Positions 18,105-28,710 of a stretch of DNA of 64,000 nt are shown piece by piece (position 1 is the first letter of the stretch; each line of letters opens with the position of its first letter). The notes under the pieces are model-generated. The model was not told where the DNA came from. It did no database searches and worked only from the letters and a program-made list of their open reading frames with translations. Both the position numbers and the translations under genes were made by a program. The stretch lies in assembly GCA_000002435.2 (NCBI GenBank), contig CM018791.1; one strand, written 5' to 3'. Source of the stretch: Giardia intestinalis. Its lineage: Eukaryota.

Positions 18105-20420
18105 CTAGCCGAAGATATGCTTCGCTGCCCCCTCTATATTGACGCGCCCGCGGTAGCCTTCCACCAGGAGCTTTGCCTCGGTCGTGGTCGCATAATACCC
18201 CACACCCTTTCCATCTTTGTTGTGTAAATGCACCTCATGAACTAAGAGTTCCTTGGCAACAGAAAGGTTATTTGCTTGGAGGGCAAGCATGCACGCACAC
18301 TCTCCAGACTTCCTTTGCATCTTCGCCTCTTGCGGAATTAGGTGAAGCACGGAGTACAGATCTCCTACCTCTGCAGCTATCATCAGAGCTGTCCCACGTG
18401 TGGTGAGTATCCCCCCTTCGGCCTCCAGGAGGAGATCCACAACCTCCCTGTGTCCTTTTTCAACGGCACGCATTAGTGCGGTGTAATCGTCATTGTCTAT
18501 CGCTCCTGTCTCTGAAAGAAGTAGCAGCTTAACGCATTCAGCGTTTCCGGCAATCGCAGCGTGCATTAGGGCGGTCTTCCCCTCTCTGTCTCGCTTGCAG
18601 CGCTCACCCGACAGCAGAGTTGGCAGTAGTGCAATAGCATTATTGACGGCAGCATACATGAGACTAGTAAATCCCATGGTATCTTGAGCACCTAGCTCTT
18701 GGGTCCCTTGTACCATAAGCTCTGTTGCCTCCACCGACCCCTTCATGGCGCCATACATAAGTGCTGTCCGGCCACGAGTATCTGTCTTACCACTCTGTAA
18801 AGGAATCAAGGCAGTCAGCGCGGGCACATTGTTAACACTTGCCGAAATCATGAGCGGTGTGACACCGTCTGCGGTAAACGTATTATTTTCAGAAGCCACC
18901 AGTTGCTGAAGCACGTAGCAACTATTTGACTTAATTGCATACATCAACGCTGTCCATCCATACTTGTCTTTTTGATTGGCCTCATAGTTTAGTAGAAACT
19001 CCACTGCTTCTATGTCATTGTCTGTGGCAGCAACCATCAGTGCCGTGAGGCCTAGTTCAGTGCGGCACGGAGACTCTGCAGCAACAAGAAGCTTCGCAGC
19101 TTGAAAGTCATGCTCTTTTATAAGCAAGTTGTAAGCAGTGAGTCCGTGGAGACAGTAAATCCCTTTTTCTAGAGGAAGGAGAAGAGATACAATGCTCTTG
19201 TGGCCTCCACGGGCAGCGTAATACAGGGCAGTACACCCGTGATGGTCCCGACGCCTACATTCCAACTTCAGTAACCGTTTGGCCATGGCATAGTTGCCAA
19301 GAAATGCAGCATACATTAGTGCCGTTCTACCCACGTCGTCGACAAGTGTGCTCTCAAGGCTGACAAGCTCTTTAAACCGTGCGGTGTCACCTGCCACGAC
19401 TGCATCTATAAGATTGCTACGCACCCTGCCCTCTTGCATGAACATAGCTGGTGTCCTAGAAGTAGTTTGAGTGTCCCTTCCGCGCTGTGCACTTTGCTGC
19501 TTGCTTGAAACAAGTAACGATGCGGATTGAGACTGGACGGAAGGGGCTGTAATGTGCTGTCGGGGAAACGGCAGAGACAGTGTCTGCTCAATAGAGTTTT
19601 CATCCAAGTCTAAGAAAGGCTTGTATCGGAGAAGCTCGCGAGCAGTGACTCGAGAATCCTCGTCCTTGGATAACATGTGTGTGAGAGTTGTCTGCAGGGG
19701 AGCTGGTCCTGTGATAGTAAACACAGGAAAATCTGCACGAAATACGATCGACGAAACGTTGTCATTCGTGAGCAAAACCTCACCTTGTAGGAGAAAGTAA
19801 AGTACGAGTCCAAGAGACCAGATATCCGCAAGACTGGAAAAGGGGGTGCTCCTGAGAATCTGTGGAGAACGGTACAGAGTAAGATCAGGTGCATAGTTGA
19901 CTATCTTATTCAATCCCAAAGACCAAAAGAGAGGCAGTATTGACAACATAGGCACCCCAGTGGGTGTCACATAGATATGCTCCAGAGAAACACCCAGATG
20001 AACAATGGATCCTCCCGTTGTAAAGGGATTGTGTAGGTATTCTAGTGCATCTAAAATAGCAACCCCTATTCGCGTAATTTCCCACGGGTCAAAGTTATAT
20101 AGAAAGATGTTTCCGCGCACAAGATCGAGGAGAGACCGTCCAGGATAGTCTTCCACAATAATACAGAGCACTTTCTCGTCAACATTGAGGACGTATTCTC
20201 GCAGCGTGCATATATTTGGATGGCGCATCTCACTTACTATGGATACTAAGCTCATTAGCCTAGTATAATTAGCAGGGACCATATCCGTATATCTTATAAT
20301 AACACAGCAGTGTTCTGAGCCGTCCATGTGAGACTGTGCTCTTGCAACGCAACCCACAGGTATCTCCTTTATCGGCTCGGTGATGGTGTAGTTTGGAATG
20401 CTGGGTAAAGTGTTTGTCAT
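18105..20420 (-). CDS. NEK-like pseudokinase domain fused to C-terminal ankyrin repeats; 771 aa
   Basis: ATG verified (cat at 20418-20420). The N-terminal kinase-like fold shows HLGVSLEHI where HRDLKPENI would be, and no DFG. The C-terminus has about 12 ankyrin repeats (TALMYAA..., GWTALMYA...). Its stop is only 4 bp from the BMS1 stop on the opposite strand. Confidence 0.65.
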   Translation of the reverse strand: MTNTLPSIPNYTITEPIKEIPVGCVARAQSHMDGSEHCCVIIRYTDMVPANYTRLMSLVSIVSEMRHPNICTLREYVLNVDEKVLCIIVEDYPGRSLLDLVRGNIFLYNFDPWEITRIGVAILDALEYLHNPFTTGGSIVHLGVSLEHIYVTPTGVPMLSILPLFWSLGLNKIVNYAPDLTLYRSPQILRSTPFSSLADIWSLGLVLYFLLQGEVLLTNDNVSSIVFRADFPVFTITGPAPLQTTLTHMLSKDEDSRVTARELLRYKPFLDLDENSIEQTLSLPFPRQHITAPSVQSQSASLLVSSKQQSAQRGRDTQTTSRTPAMFMQEGRVRSNLIDAVVAGDTARFKELVSLESTLVDDVGRTALMYAAFLGNYAMAKRLLKLECRRRDHHGCTALYYAARGGHKSIVSLLLPLEKGIYCLHGLTAYNLLIKEHDFQAAKLLVAAESPCRTELGLTALMVAATDNDIEAVEFLLNYEANQKDKYGWTALMYAIKSNSCYVLQQLVASENNTFTADGVTPLMISASVNNVPALTALIPLQSGKTDTRGRTALMYGAMKGSVEATELMVQGTQELGAQDTMGFTSLMYAAVNNAIALLPTLLSGERCKRDREGKTALMHAAIAGNAECVKLLLLSETGAIDNDDYTALMRAVEKGHREVVDLLLEAEGGILTTRGTALMIAAEVGDLYSVLHLIPQEAKMQRKSGECACMLALQANNLSVAKELLVHEVHLHNKDGKGVGYYATTTEAKLLVEGYRGRVNIEGAAKHIFG

Positions 20421-21007
20421 ATATTAATGCCTAGATGACTTGGCTTTGGGTTTTATGGATTTTGGTATTCGGGCAGAGACAACCAGTCTGCAGGCTGTCT
20501 GCTTCTATGTTTAATGCTCCAGTTAATACTCATGTACCCTGTTATGACAGTTGATTTAGCAGCGTAGCAACTGTACGTGGTACGCATTAAAAGGGTAACC
20601 TGAGATATGAAAGACCCCAAGCCTCGTACTGAGCCTCATGTTAATCCGCTTATGGTTTGCTATTGAGTACTATAATGTACATGTTCATTTCTTTAGTGTC
20701 AATGGATGCAGATGGCTTGTTATCTGACTTCACCATATCTACTTTCGGGGTTACAGCCTCATTACTGCTTTTGCTAGAGCTCTCTCTCGTGGCAGTAGCT
20801 GCATGTCTACATGGCTTGCGAGGGACCCGAAGAAATGCAAAGGTTGATGGCATACAGTCTGGCTTGCTTATTCTGCATACGATAGAATGGAATAGAATAG
20901 AGCAGCATGACGTAACATAGGATAACCCTCATCTCCTTGAGAAGCGGACAAACACGGACACTTCGACTACCAAGTCACCAAATTAGATGTCAACGATTTA
21001 AAAAACT

Positions 21008-22543
21008 ATGGACGAGTTAACGTCTGCTTTCATGGGAGGCCTGCCTGAGCTGTCTCAAGACATAGCTTTTACATATAAAAGCGAAATAAGAACAGTTCTT
21101 GCACTAAAAGATGGGAGCATCTTTCCCGGGGCTCAGCCCGTTTCTTTGGAGCCACGTCGCGGCCTTCCGGACATCGTGATTAACAGCTATCTTCTTTGTG
21201 AAAAGACTGATGGCACAAGGTTCCTTCTATATATTCCTGTCGACTTCAACGAGCCAGACATGACACTCGATCTAACCACTTACACGACGGAGTCTGATGG
21301 TTTGGTACTTCCACGGAGCTACTTCTTGATAGACCGTGAGTACAATTTTCACAAGGCTGAAGGGATGATAAAGATACGGCCTCTTCTGAAGACCCTCAAC
21401 CTTCCCGAGAGCTTTGCTTCTGATGCTTACACCATCCCAGAACAAAAGAAAAAGCTTCTTACTTTCTTCAATTCGTTTACAGCCATGTTCGACGGAGAGC
21501 TAGTTGGCGACTTCTCTAACGGCACAGTCCAAGATCATGCCCCAACCGATAAGCCCAATCAGCTCTGCTACTATCTTTTCGACGCACTATTCATCAATGG
21601 CACATCTATACTCAGTAATAATTTACGAGAAAGACTAGCGGTTGCAAATGCCCTGCCAGAGTACTTTGTTCATCGCAAAACAAACCAACTCCTATTCAAA
21701 ACAAAAACTTTCTACGAGAAGGAAAACGTTGTGGATCTGTTTAAGCTTCTCAATTTATCAGGCCGCCACTCCAGACCACTCTTGCCCCACCACTCAGACG
21801 GCATCATCTTCACAGCCGTGAATGAAGCCTATCAACCTGGGACGTGTCAATTTATTCAGAAATGGAAACCCTTGTACCAGAATACAGTTGATCTCCTTCT
21901 GCAGCCAGTCAAAAAGAAGATGTATGTGCTGAGTCCAGAGGATTATGGAGTCCTGGAGAAAGGAGCTACGTCGAAGCGCAACGGTGAGACATTGGACAGC
22001 TCTATCATGGGAGCCATCCAGCAGGTGATTGGGAAGCTCTTGAAAGGGAAGCCATCGGACGTGTTTATAGGCAGGCTGTTTACTGCTGTATCTGGTCTGC
22101 TAGACTCTACGCCAATCGACGTTATATCGCTAGAAGAGAAGAAGTATGAGAATCTGGATAAGCGAAACACTGAGGTTCAAAGAGAAAACAAACCAGGGCT
22201 CATAATAGAGTTCTTTTGGGAGCAAGACAAAGAAATACTCACATACACAGACGTTACAGACTATCTCAAAGAAAGCTATCCAGAGCTGCAGCAACTGTTT
22301 GGATCCATTGAGGTGAAGCGGACCCGTAAGGGTACGTGGGTCGGCCAAAAGTATCGTCTTGATAAGCTGCTCCCCAACGACAAGTATGTCTATGAGAGTG
22401 TCTGTCGCGCCTATAACGATCACGTTAGTGAGGCGGATCTGATTGCAATCTTGCTGGGAACGAAGCCGCTACCACAAGGCGGCATCATAGGAAAAGTCAG
22501 CCCTTATCTTCTTACCCGTGTCCACTGTCCTGGCTATGATTAA
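21008..22543 (+). CDS. mRNA capping enzyme, guanylyltransferase (nucleotidyltransferase + OB domain)
   Basis: Motif I KxDG is present as LLCEKTDGTRFLLYI. A motif IV-like DGIIF and a motif V-like FIQKWKP are also present. ATG verified at 21008. Confidence 0.7.
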   Translation: MDELTSAFMGGLPELSQDIAFTYKSEIRTVLALKDGSIFPGAQPVSLEPRRGLPDIVINSYLLCEKTDGTRFLLYIPVDFNEPDMTLDLTTYTTESDGLVLPRSYFLIDREYNFHKAEGMIKIRPLLKTLNLPESFASDAYTIPEQKKKLLTFFNSFTAMFDGELVGDFSNGTVQDHAPTDKPNQLCYYLFDALFINGTSILSNNLRERLAVANALPEYFVHRKTNQLLFKTKTFYEKENVVDLFKLLNLSGRHSRPLLPHHSDGIIFTAVNEAYQPGTCQFIQKWKPLYQNTVDLLLQPVKKKMYVLSPEDYGVLEKGATSKRNGETLDSSIMGAIQQVIGKLLKGKPSDVFIGRLFTAVSGLLDSTPIDVISLEEKKYENLDKRNTEVQRENKPGLIIEFFWEQDKEILTYTDVTDYLKESYPELQQLFGSIEVKRTRKGTWVGQKYRLDKLLPNDKYVYESVCRAYNDHVSEADLIAILLGTKPLPQGGIIGKVSPYLLTRVHCPGYD

Positions 22544-22585
22544 TTGGAGCACCTCTGTATCTGTGCTGCATGCACATTGATGCGT

Positions 22586-25500
22586 CTACTTCAAGCGCGT
22601 AAGCCCGTTGTTCATCACGTCCTCTGCATCCTTGATGCGATTACATACTTCATAACTATATGACGTCTCTGCCATTAGCAGAACCCGCTCGGCTATTTCT
22701 GCTATTGAACGGCCGGGGAGAACCCCTCCAATTCCCTTCAGTGAGGCCAAGTAGGCATCTGCCACATCTACAAGCGTTCCGCAGCTGACATATGCTAAAG
22801 CCTTGAGACGATTGATAAACCAGGATGTGTGCAGAGAAGCCCCGGCAAGGAAATACGTTGGAAATGTCTTAGAGGTGTCGATGCAGAACGGAATCAGAGG
22901 GACGTCAGAGCGCACCTTATCTAAAAGCTTTAATGCTGTCTGACTTAAGATTGTCGTGTCCTCTGCCATTGTGTCCAGGAGGCTTTGGGCAATGGCAATG
23001 AATGCGTAATTAAATGGCACAATGCTCATTGCTGCAGCAATGTCAAGCATTCGTCCGGTGCACTCCACTATTTTATCGCGTATCTGCTCCAAAGAGAATT
23101 TATGTACCCTTCCATCCACATGGCTTGCAAGCATACTGGAAAGAGAGAGAGCAAGACCACACCACGAGGGAAAGTTGAAGGCATCTAATTCCACAGCCCT
23201 CGTCAATGCTTTCAGATGGTCTTGCTTCCCCGCATAGAGCATTATTATCCCCATCGTTCCCAGAAGCTCCGATGAAAAATAGTTAGTAGAGATGGTGGAT
23301 GCTGAAAAGCTGATTAGTCTAGAACCTATAGACTCAACCAATTGCGATACACCACGTGCGGTCTGGGGTAATGCAATCCCAAGGTAGTCTGTTGTGAAAG
23401 ACCCTGAGATTGAGGAGGTGAGGTTGGAGCTAGTAGATGAGGGGCTTACTGGTTTAAGTGTTTGGAACTCCAGTGGGTTGTGGTACTGATCCGCGTCTTC
23501 CTCGTCAAGGTTCCGCTTAATACTTTCAAAGACCTTGGCAGCTACTGCAAACTCGTCTTCGGATGGCTTTTCAAATGGAACGATGAATGGAATGCAATCC
23601 TGAACCGGTACATGCCTTGCACAGAGGCTTAAGATAATGCGACACATGTATATGTCGTCGTAGAGGCTAAACCCAGTTAGCACGGGACAATCGAGAAGCC
23701 CGCCATAATACACCACGGGAGTCTCTATAGATCTGTACATGGCATGCGCCTGCAGGAGCATGTCCAGGCTCACGCGAGAATTAAAAATGATAGACGTAAA
23801 AGTGAGGGCTCTAATGTCATTAAGGAGCGTAGTGCTAACCGTACTGCTCTCTGGGATAACGCTGAGGATAGCTTCATTGGAGGTAGATTGTTGATTAGTG
23901 GTTCCTGTTTTAGAGTGAGAGTGGGACTTGGTGGACGCGGTGATGGATGTAGACCACGAAGGTAATGGAACAACACTATTGAAGTCTCCCTGAATTGCGT
24001 GTGCGACTGCAAACCTTGGCAAGTTTTTGTTTATGATAGAAAAGATAACCGGGACTGTGTGTGTAGATGCTCCAATTAAAGCAAGATTCCCTAATAAGCC
24101 TGGAGCATTGATATCCAGGGATTGATCCAGGAGGTCTAGATAGGATGTGGCTATATCATCAGCACTTCCAAGCATATCCTGAAAGAGGACGTACGGGTTG
24201 AAGTCCCCACTCCCCTTCGTCACCAAAAATGTATCCCGAAGAAGCAGTGACTTTGCGTCTCCCAGTCTACCTTCTAAGATTGCGCATCGCGCCAAAATGA
24301 TTACTCTCTTGGTAGTCATAGAAGAATACTGCTCAGGAAGCAAGCTGGTGGAGATATCAAGCTGTGCTAAACATTTTTGTGCAGCTGGCACAGACCCCTC
24401 CAACAGCAAATACTCTGCCAGAGCAAGACGAAGGGCGATCATAATGTACTCGTCAGGTACGTAGTTTCGTGAACATTTATCGTGAGCGCCAAGGGGGAGA
24501 TTCAAAAGAGTTACACCGGTATAGAAAGATGCATTGCCTGTGGAGTCCTCAACTTCAAGGCACGCTCTCCTAACGGTGCCGATCAAAAGTGACTTGAGTT
24601 CGTTATACTCTGCCGAAAAGTTCAAGACTCTGAACAAATCCATGCATGTAACTTTTAGCAGGATGCGCTCTAATATCTGCCGCCTGTCGTTAGGTGTAGC
24701 TGGCCTAAACTCAAAATCAAAAAGGTCGTTTGCACAGTACAGTAACGACAGTGCAAGGTATTCATCTTCGCCTGATGAAATGAGTTCGTGACAAGTAAGA
24801 AGTACAAGTCGCGAAAGCATAATTGTGTCTGTTCTTCCTGCAGCATCATGCAGAAGGGGTATACTGAACACACGCAGGAGACTACGGGAGACGCCTGCTT
24901 TGTTTCTTGTGCAAATGAATGCTCGTAGGAGCCCTTCTACTGCACGCTCAATGAGCATGGTATGCTCGCCTCGACGTCGGCGCTGCCTCTCGCGGACAAG
25001 TGCAGCAGAGTAGAGCTCTATGGCTCTGGCGGCCTCGTGCCGCGCCTTGCTGTAGAGAAGAGCATCTCCGTATTCCAGGAGCTCCTCTGGCTTGCGCTGC
25101 TTCTGCTTGGCTTCTGTGTATGCCTCCTTAGCCGCGCACATGAGCTTGTGGTGTAGCTGCGCGATGGGCATGGCCTTCCCAGTCGTCTTCACGTATGAGT
25201 CTTTGAACTCTCGCACATGCTTGGTAAGGAGAAGGTCGATTGCAGCAAACGGCTTTTGTCTGTCCACCCCCGACTTGTCGACGCTTTTGCTTCTGCTATT
25301 CGCATTTAAAGTTTGATTGCACGTGTTGATCACCTCTGCAGAGCTCCCATGGGTAGATTTATCCAGGAAGACCTTGCGCATGCACTCTTTAAAGCGACAA
25401 ATAAGCGCATAATCATCTATATCCGCGTCCTGAGCTGGAGGAAGGGCACTGTCAATGAACAACCTCTTCATAAAGTCAGAGGTGGTAATCATATATTTAT

Positions 25501-27484
25501 CTACGCTATTATGCCCATTTTGGAGGCGAAGTAATAGATCGCTGAGAGGTATCACCCTTGTTCGTAACTTAGAGAGGATTGTGCTGTGATCCAAAATTAT
25601 CGGAAGGGAGCCAATGTCCATATGGCCCAAGGGACGTGCAACATTTGTGACGATAGGATGAACGATAATGCCGAAGTTAGAGTTAAGCTTACTCTGGATC
25701 CCTGCTATATCTGCTTTAGAGATCACGCCTGTGGGAAGTCCCTCCAATTGAGACCGCATGGAGGTAATCTGCTCTGCAATGAGTGCAGCAGTACCTTCTG
25801 TATAAACAAAGGGTTCAGCGGAGAAAGGGACGATAATCTGCTGCTTGTGTAGTGGGACGCCATCGGTGTCGGATTCTGGCACTTCAGAGAGTCGTGCAGA
25901 CTGCGGTGAGGTGCGATCCATAATGTGTGCCTGCATGTCTATGCAGGCCTCGCAAGCAAGGTCTTCTGGCGAAAGGTCAAATCCAGAGTCTGGTTGCCCC
26001 CCTATGGAGGTCCGTCCTGGTGCGCTCCCGTCAATCAAACAGTTGAGTAAAGTGCCATCCGGTAACGCTTCCAATCGCAGCATAAGACGACAACAGCTAT
26101 CCGACCCAGACAGTACGACTGAGCGCATTTGCTGGAGGGCCTTCCCAGATAGATAGAAGACTTGTTGTGTGTTATGTCTCTTAGCATAGAAAAGAGGGAA
26201 TCGAAGGAATTCAACCCCGTTCTCTACAAGTATTGTAACTTGTTTTACCTGATTCTTTGGGTCCAGACTGGGGTGTCCGGCCTTCTGCTGCTTTGCCCCT
26301 GCTCCTTTACCAACCATCCCAGCAGAGGATTCATCGAGAGCAGCAACCTCCTTGGCCACCGTGTCATAATGGACCAACAGCGCATTAGTATAGGTAGCCT
26401 GTAAAAGCTCGTGAAGGGCGTTGTAAGTGTCGTTAAATGTTACTCCGCCATAGGTAGCAGACTGGGCCGTGTCTTGCTTTCCGGTCTCTGCTGGCTTTTT
26501 TGATGAGCTGTCTCTTTTAATAAGACTAGAAGTGGGCACCCCCATATGATAGCAATCTGCAAGCAATCCTAACACTGTGTTCGCAATGGATTGAGGGTCC
26601 ACTGGGTTCTTGGCGCCGACCTTTTCTCCAGATCCAGACAGCTGGGAGACAACCTTCATACCCGAGACAATAGAACTCTGGTCGAATAGAAGCTGAAATT
26701 CAGGGAAGACGATTTGGTATCTTTGAGATGAAGACAGACAAACTACGTCCTCAACAGTCTGTATCTTTGTTGGCTGTCTAACATCCTTCTCCACCCTGTC
26801 TAAGTAACCATTGTGGATTGTGGCAAGAGGAGTGTCATGCAGCCCTGGCAAATAGAGAGAAAGAGACCACCCGAAAGCTGGAAGTGTTGACTGCGTGATC
26901 TTACCCAGATTGGAAAAGCTTCCGATGAACTCCACTCCACTCAAAACTGGAGCAATCTTGTGTAGGTTGTGATAATCTGGGTTTGGAATAGATACCTTAA
27001 CGGTCACTTTGAGGGTCGCTGTCAATCCGGTGGAAAATGTGCTGGTGAACACTAGTGGAATGACCTCATTGGATACAGAATAGGTATGATCGGGTAACTC
27101 CGTGCTGTTGTCAATTAGATGACTGGAATCCATTATGTCCCGCAATGCTATCTCTGCATATGCGAAGCACGGAATCAAACTTAGCTCGGGATAGGAGACG
27201 TCATCTGCAGGCCGCTTTGCCTTCTTTGGGGGCTGGACAGCGTTTATAATAACGTATATGAACTCATTGTATGCTACAGAAAGTTCGTCCTCGTGGGTAG
27301 CGCACATTGGCCGAAAGGTTGCTGTCGTCTCTACGAACCTCTTTGTCTCTGGTTGAAATAGAAGTGGTGGCACGAAATCAACATAGACGCTTTGCCGAAA
27401 GTAGACGACAGGAATGTATTGAGTGAGGGGGTCAAACTGCCCCGCCTGGTCCGCGAAGCCGTGGGAGGTGAGCTCTATAAGCAT
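22586..27484 (-). CDS. hypothetical large protein (about 1632 aa from first ATG), mostly alpha-helical
   Basis: The ORF track starts it at 27502, but that codon is TTG. The first ATG is at 27484 (cat at 27482-27484), giving MLIELTSHGF.... No family recognised. It could be a trafficking-complex or scaffold-type subunit. Confidence 0.7.
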   Translation of the reverse strand: MLIELTSHGFADQAGQFDPLTQYIPVVYFRQSVYVDFVPPLLFQPETKRFVETTATFRPMCATHEDELSVAYNEFIYVIINAVQPPKKAKRPADDVSYPELSLIPCFAYAEIALRDIMDSSHLIDNSTELPDHTYSVSNEVIPLVFTSTFSTGLTATLKVTVKVSIPNPDYHNLHKIAPVLSGVEFIGSFSNLGKITQSTLPAFGWSLSLYLPGLHDTPLATIHNGYLDRVEKDVRQPTKIQTVEDVVCLSSSQRYQIVFPEFQLLFDQSSIVSGMKVVSQLSGSGEKVGAKNPVDPQSIANTVLGLLADCYHMGVPTSSLIKRDSSSKKPAETGKQDTAQSATYGGVTFNDTYNALHELLQATYTNALLVHYDTVAKEVAALDESSAGMVGKGAGAKQQKAGHPSLDPKNQVKQVTILVENGVEFLRFPLFYAKRHNTQQVFYLSGKALQQMRSVVLSGSDSCCRLMLRLEALPDGTLLNCLIDGSAPGRTSIGGQPDSGFDLSPEDLACEACIDMQAHIMDRTSPQSARLSEVPESDTDGVPLHKQQIIVPFSAEPFVYTEGTAALIAEQITSMRSQLEGLPTGVISKADIAGIQSKLNSNFGIIVHPIVTNVARPLGHMDIGSLPIILDHSTILSKLRTRVIPLSDLLLRLQNGHNSVDKYMITTSDFMKRLFIDSALPPAQDADIDDYALICRFKECMRKVFLDKSTHGSSAEVINTCNQTLNANSRSKSVDKSGVDRQKPFAAIDLLLTKHVREFKDSYVKTTGKAMPIAQLHHKLMCAAKEAYTEAKQKQRKPEELLEYGDALLYSKARHEAARAIELYSAALVRERQRRRRGEHTMLIERAVEGLLRAFICTRNKAGVSRSLLRVFSIPLLHDAAGRTDTIMLSRLVLLTCHELISSGEDEYLALSLLYCANDLFDFEFRPATPNDRRQILERILLKVTCMDLFRVLNFSAEYNELKSLLIGTVRRACLEVEDSTGNASFYTGVTLLNLPLGAHDKCSRNYVPDEYIMIALRLALAEYLLLEGSVPAAQKCLAQLDISTSLLPEQYSSMTTKRVIILARCAILEGRLGDAKSLLLRDTFLVTKGSGDFNPYVLFQDMLGSADDIATSYLDLLDQSLDINAPGLLGNLALIGASTHTVPVIFSIINKNLPRFAVAHAIQGDFNSVVPLPSWSTSITASTKSHSHSKTGTTNQQSTSNEAILSVIPESSTVSTTLLNDIRALTFTSIIFNSRVSLDMLLQAHAMYRSIETPVVYYGGLLDCPVLTGFSLYDDIYMCRIILSLCARHVPVQDCIPFIVPFEKPSEDEFAVAAKVFESIKRNLDEEDADQYHNPLEFQTLKPVSPSSTSSNLTSSISGSFTTDYLGIALPQTARGVSQLVESIGSRLISFSASTISTNYFSSELLGTMGIIMLYAGKQDHLKALTRAVELDAFNFPSWCGLALSLSSMLASHVDGRVHKFSLEQIRDKIVECTGRMLDIAAAMSIVPFNYAFIAIAQSLLDTMAEDTTILSQTALKLLDKVRSDVPLIPFCIDTSKTFPTYFLAGASLHTSWFINRLKALAYVSCGTLVDVADAYLASLKGIGGVLPGRSIAEIAERVLLMAETSYSYEVCNRIKDAEDVMNNGLTRLK

Positions 27485-27527
27485 TTTAAATACTTGGCTC
27501 AATTTCCCTCAATTTCTGTCTGGCAAT

Positions 27528-28637
27528 TTACAGCACCTTGGCCATCTTGTGGAAAAGGGTCCCCCGCGCCTTGAGCTCACTTGCAGGAATAGCAATACAC
27601 TCTGTTGCTGTCTCGCAGACCGCTGTTCGGGTCTCTCCCTTACCAATAAAGACAGACTCACAGCCGAAGATAGAACCTTCCTGGAACCCGTCTCCGTAGC
27701 CATCAACGACAATAAGAAGGCAGCTTGTCACTTCGTTTGCAGTCACTATTGAATCCCCCTTGGCAAAGACCTTCACCTCCCCCAGAGATGCGACAAAGGA
27801 TGTCTCGTCATCAGTCAGAGAGGTGAATTTGTCTTTCAGGTAGTGAACTATTGCATTCCCTGAAAGCAGGGATCGCCGCTGATTGAAAATCATCTTTATG
27901 TACGCTACTCTGGGCAGCACAGCAGTGCAAACCTTGGTAGGTTGATTTGCAGTCGCCTCTGGTGCTCCAGCTTGAGACCCTTGACCTTGAACCACTCCAG
28001 TGGGCTTATCTGTTAGAGGATCATATACAGATGCAGTGAAGTGCAACTTCCCCGGAACCGGAAGACAGCACTGCTCTCCGAAGAACTGCCCCACACTCAA
28101 GATCGCTGCATCTCCGTTACGATAACGTGCAAACACCTTCCCAAATAAGATGAAGACCAGCCCATCCGTTGGCTCATCCACTCTGTAGAGAGTAGAGCCC
28201 GGAGGATACTCCTTCAAAACAAACATGGTCCTCAAGTTAGACATAAGCTGCGGGCTCAGAGATGATAGGTGCGGATGTGTCTTGACAAGGTTAAGAATCT
28301 GGTCATCTAGCGCGACATTGTTAAGCCTGATCGCATGCGGAGCTGTGCAGTCCAAGGAAACTGTCCGCTCAGAGGTTCTGGCTCGTTGTATCATGCAAAG
28401 GCGGTAGACTATTGCAGCAAAAGGGTCCTCTGGCATATCCTCTAGCAAGGTAAGCAAGCACTCTCTAAAAGCCATGTTCACCTGGTGGGTCGATAGATAT
28501 TCGTCTAGTTTCCTGTGAGACTCTTGACAGTGTGCGTCTTTTCTAAGGGCTTCCACTAGCAGGGTAGCGAGGTCCTGCTCCGGTCGCTGTACTATGCGAC
28601 GATTCTTCATAAGGTCGTCCTCGTCCTGGCTAGCCAT
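27528..28637 (-). CDS. cyclic-nucleotide-binding domain protein, candidate PKA regulatory-subunit-like; 369 aa
   Basis: ATG verified. There are two cNMP-binding-like segments. The second has a phosphate-binding-cassette-like GSIFGCESVFIGKGETRTAVCETATEC (FGE...RTA). The first is more degenerate (FFGEQCCL). A basic RARTSERT stretch sits upstream, where PKA-R proteins carry the inhibitor site. The length fits a PKA regulatory subunit. Confidence 0.45.
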   Translation of the reverse strand: MASQDEDDLMKNRRIVQRPEQDLATLLVEALRKDAHCQESHRKLDEYLSTHQVNMAFRECLLTLLEDMPEDPFAAIVYRLCMIQRARTSERTVSLDCTAPHAIRLNNVALDDQILNLVKTHPHLSSLSPQLMSNLRTMFVLKEYPPGSTLYRVDEPTDGLVFILFGKVFARYRNGDAAILSVGQFFGEQCCLPVPGKLHFTASVYDPLTDKPTGVVQGQGSQAGAPEATANQPTKVCTAVLPRVAYIKMIFNQRRSLLSGNAIVHYLKDKFTSLTDDETSFVASLGEVKVFAKGDSIVTANEVTSCLLIVVDGYGDGFQEGSIFGCESVFIGKGETRTAVCETATECIAIPASELKARGTLFHKMAKVL

Positions 28638-28710
28638 TCCACTTCTTCCAGAAATTTAAGTTGAATTTTAAGCAGGACACTTTATCTTTGTGACCTCACT
28701 ACGCTGTGCA

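Noticed and set aside
20650-20920. Two mutually overlapping 67- and 87-aa ORFs in the 587-bp spacer
   Set aside because: Their composition is not convincing. One has an S/K/T-rich unstructured product, and the other is a hydrophobic run typical of AT/GT-rich non-coding sequence. They cannot both be real. They are kept only as part of the spacer finding.
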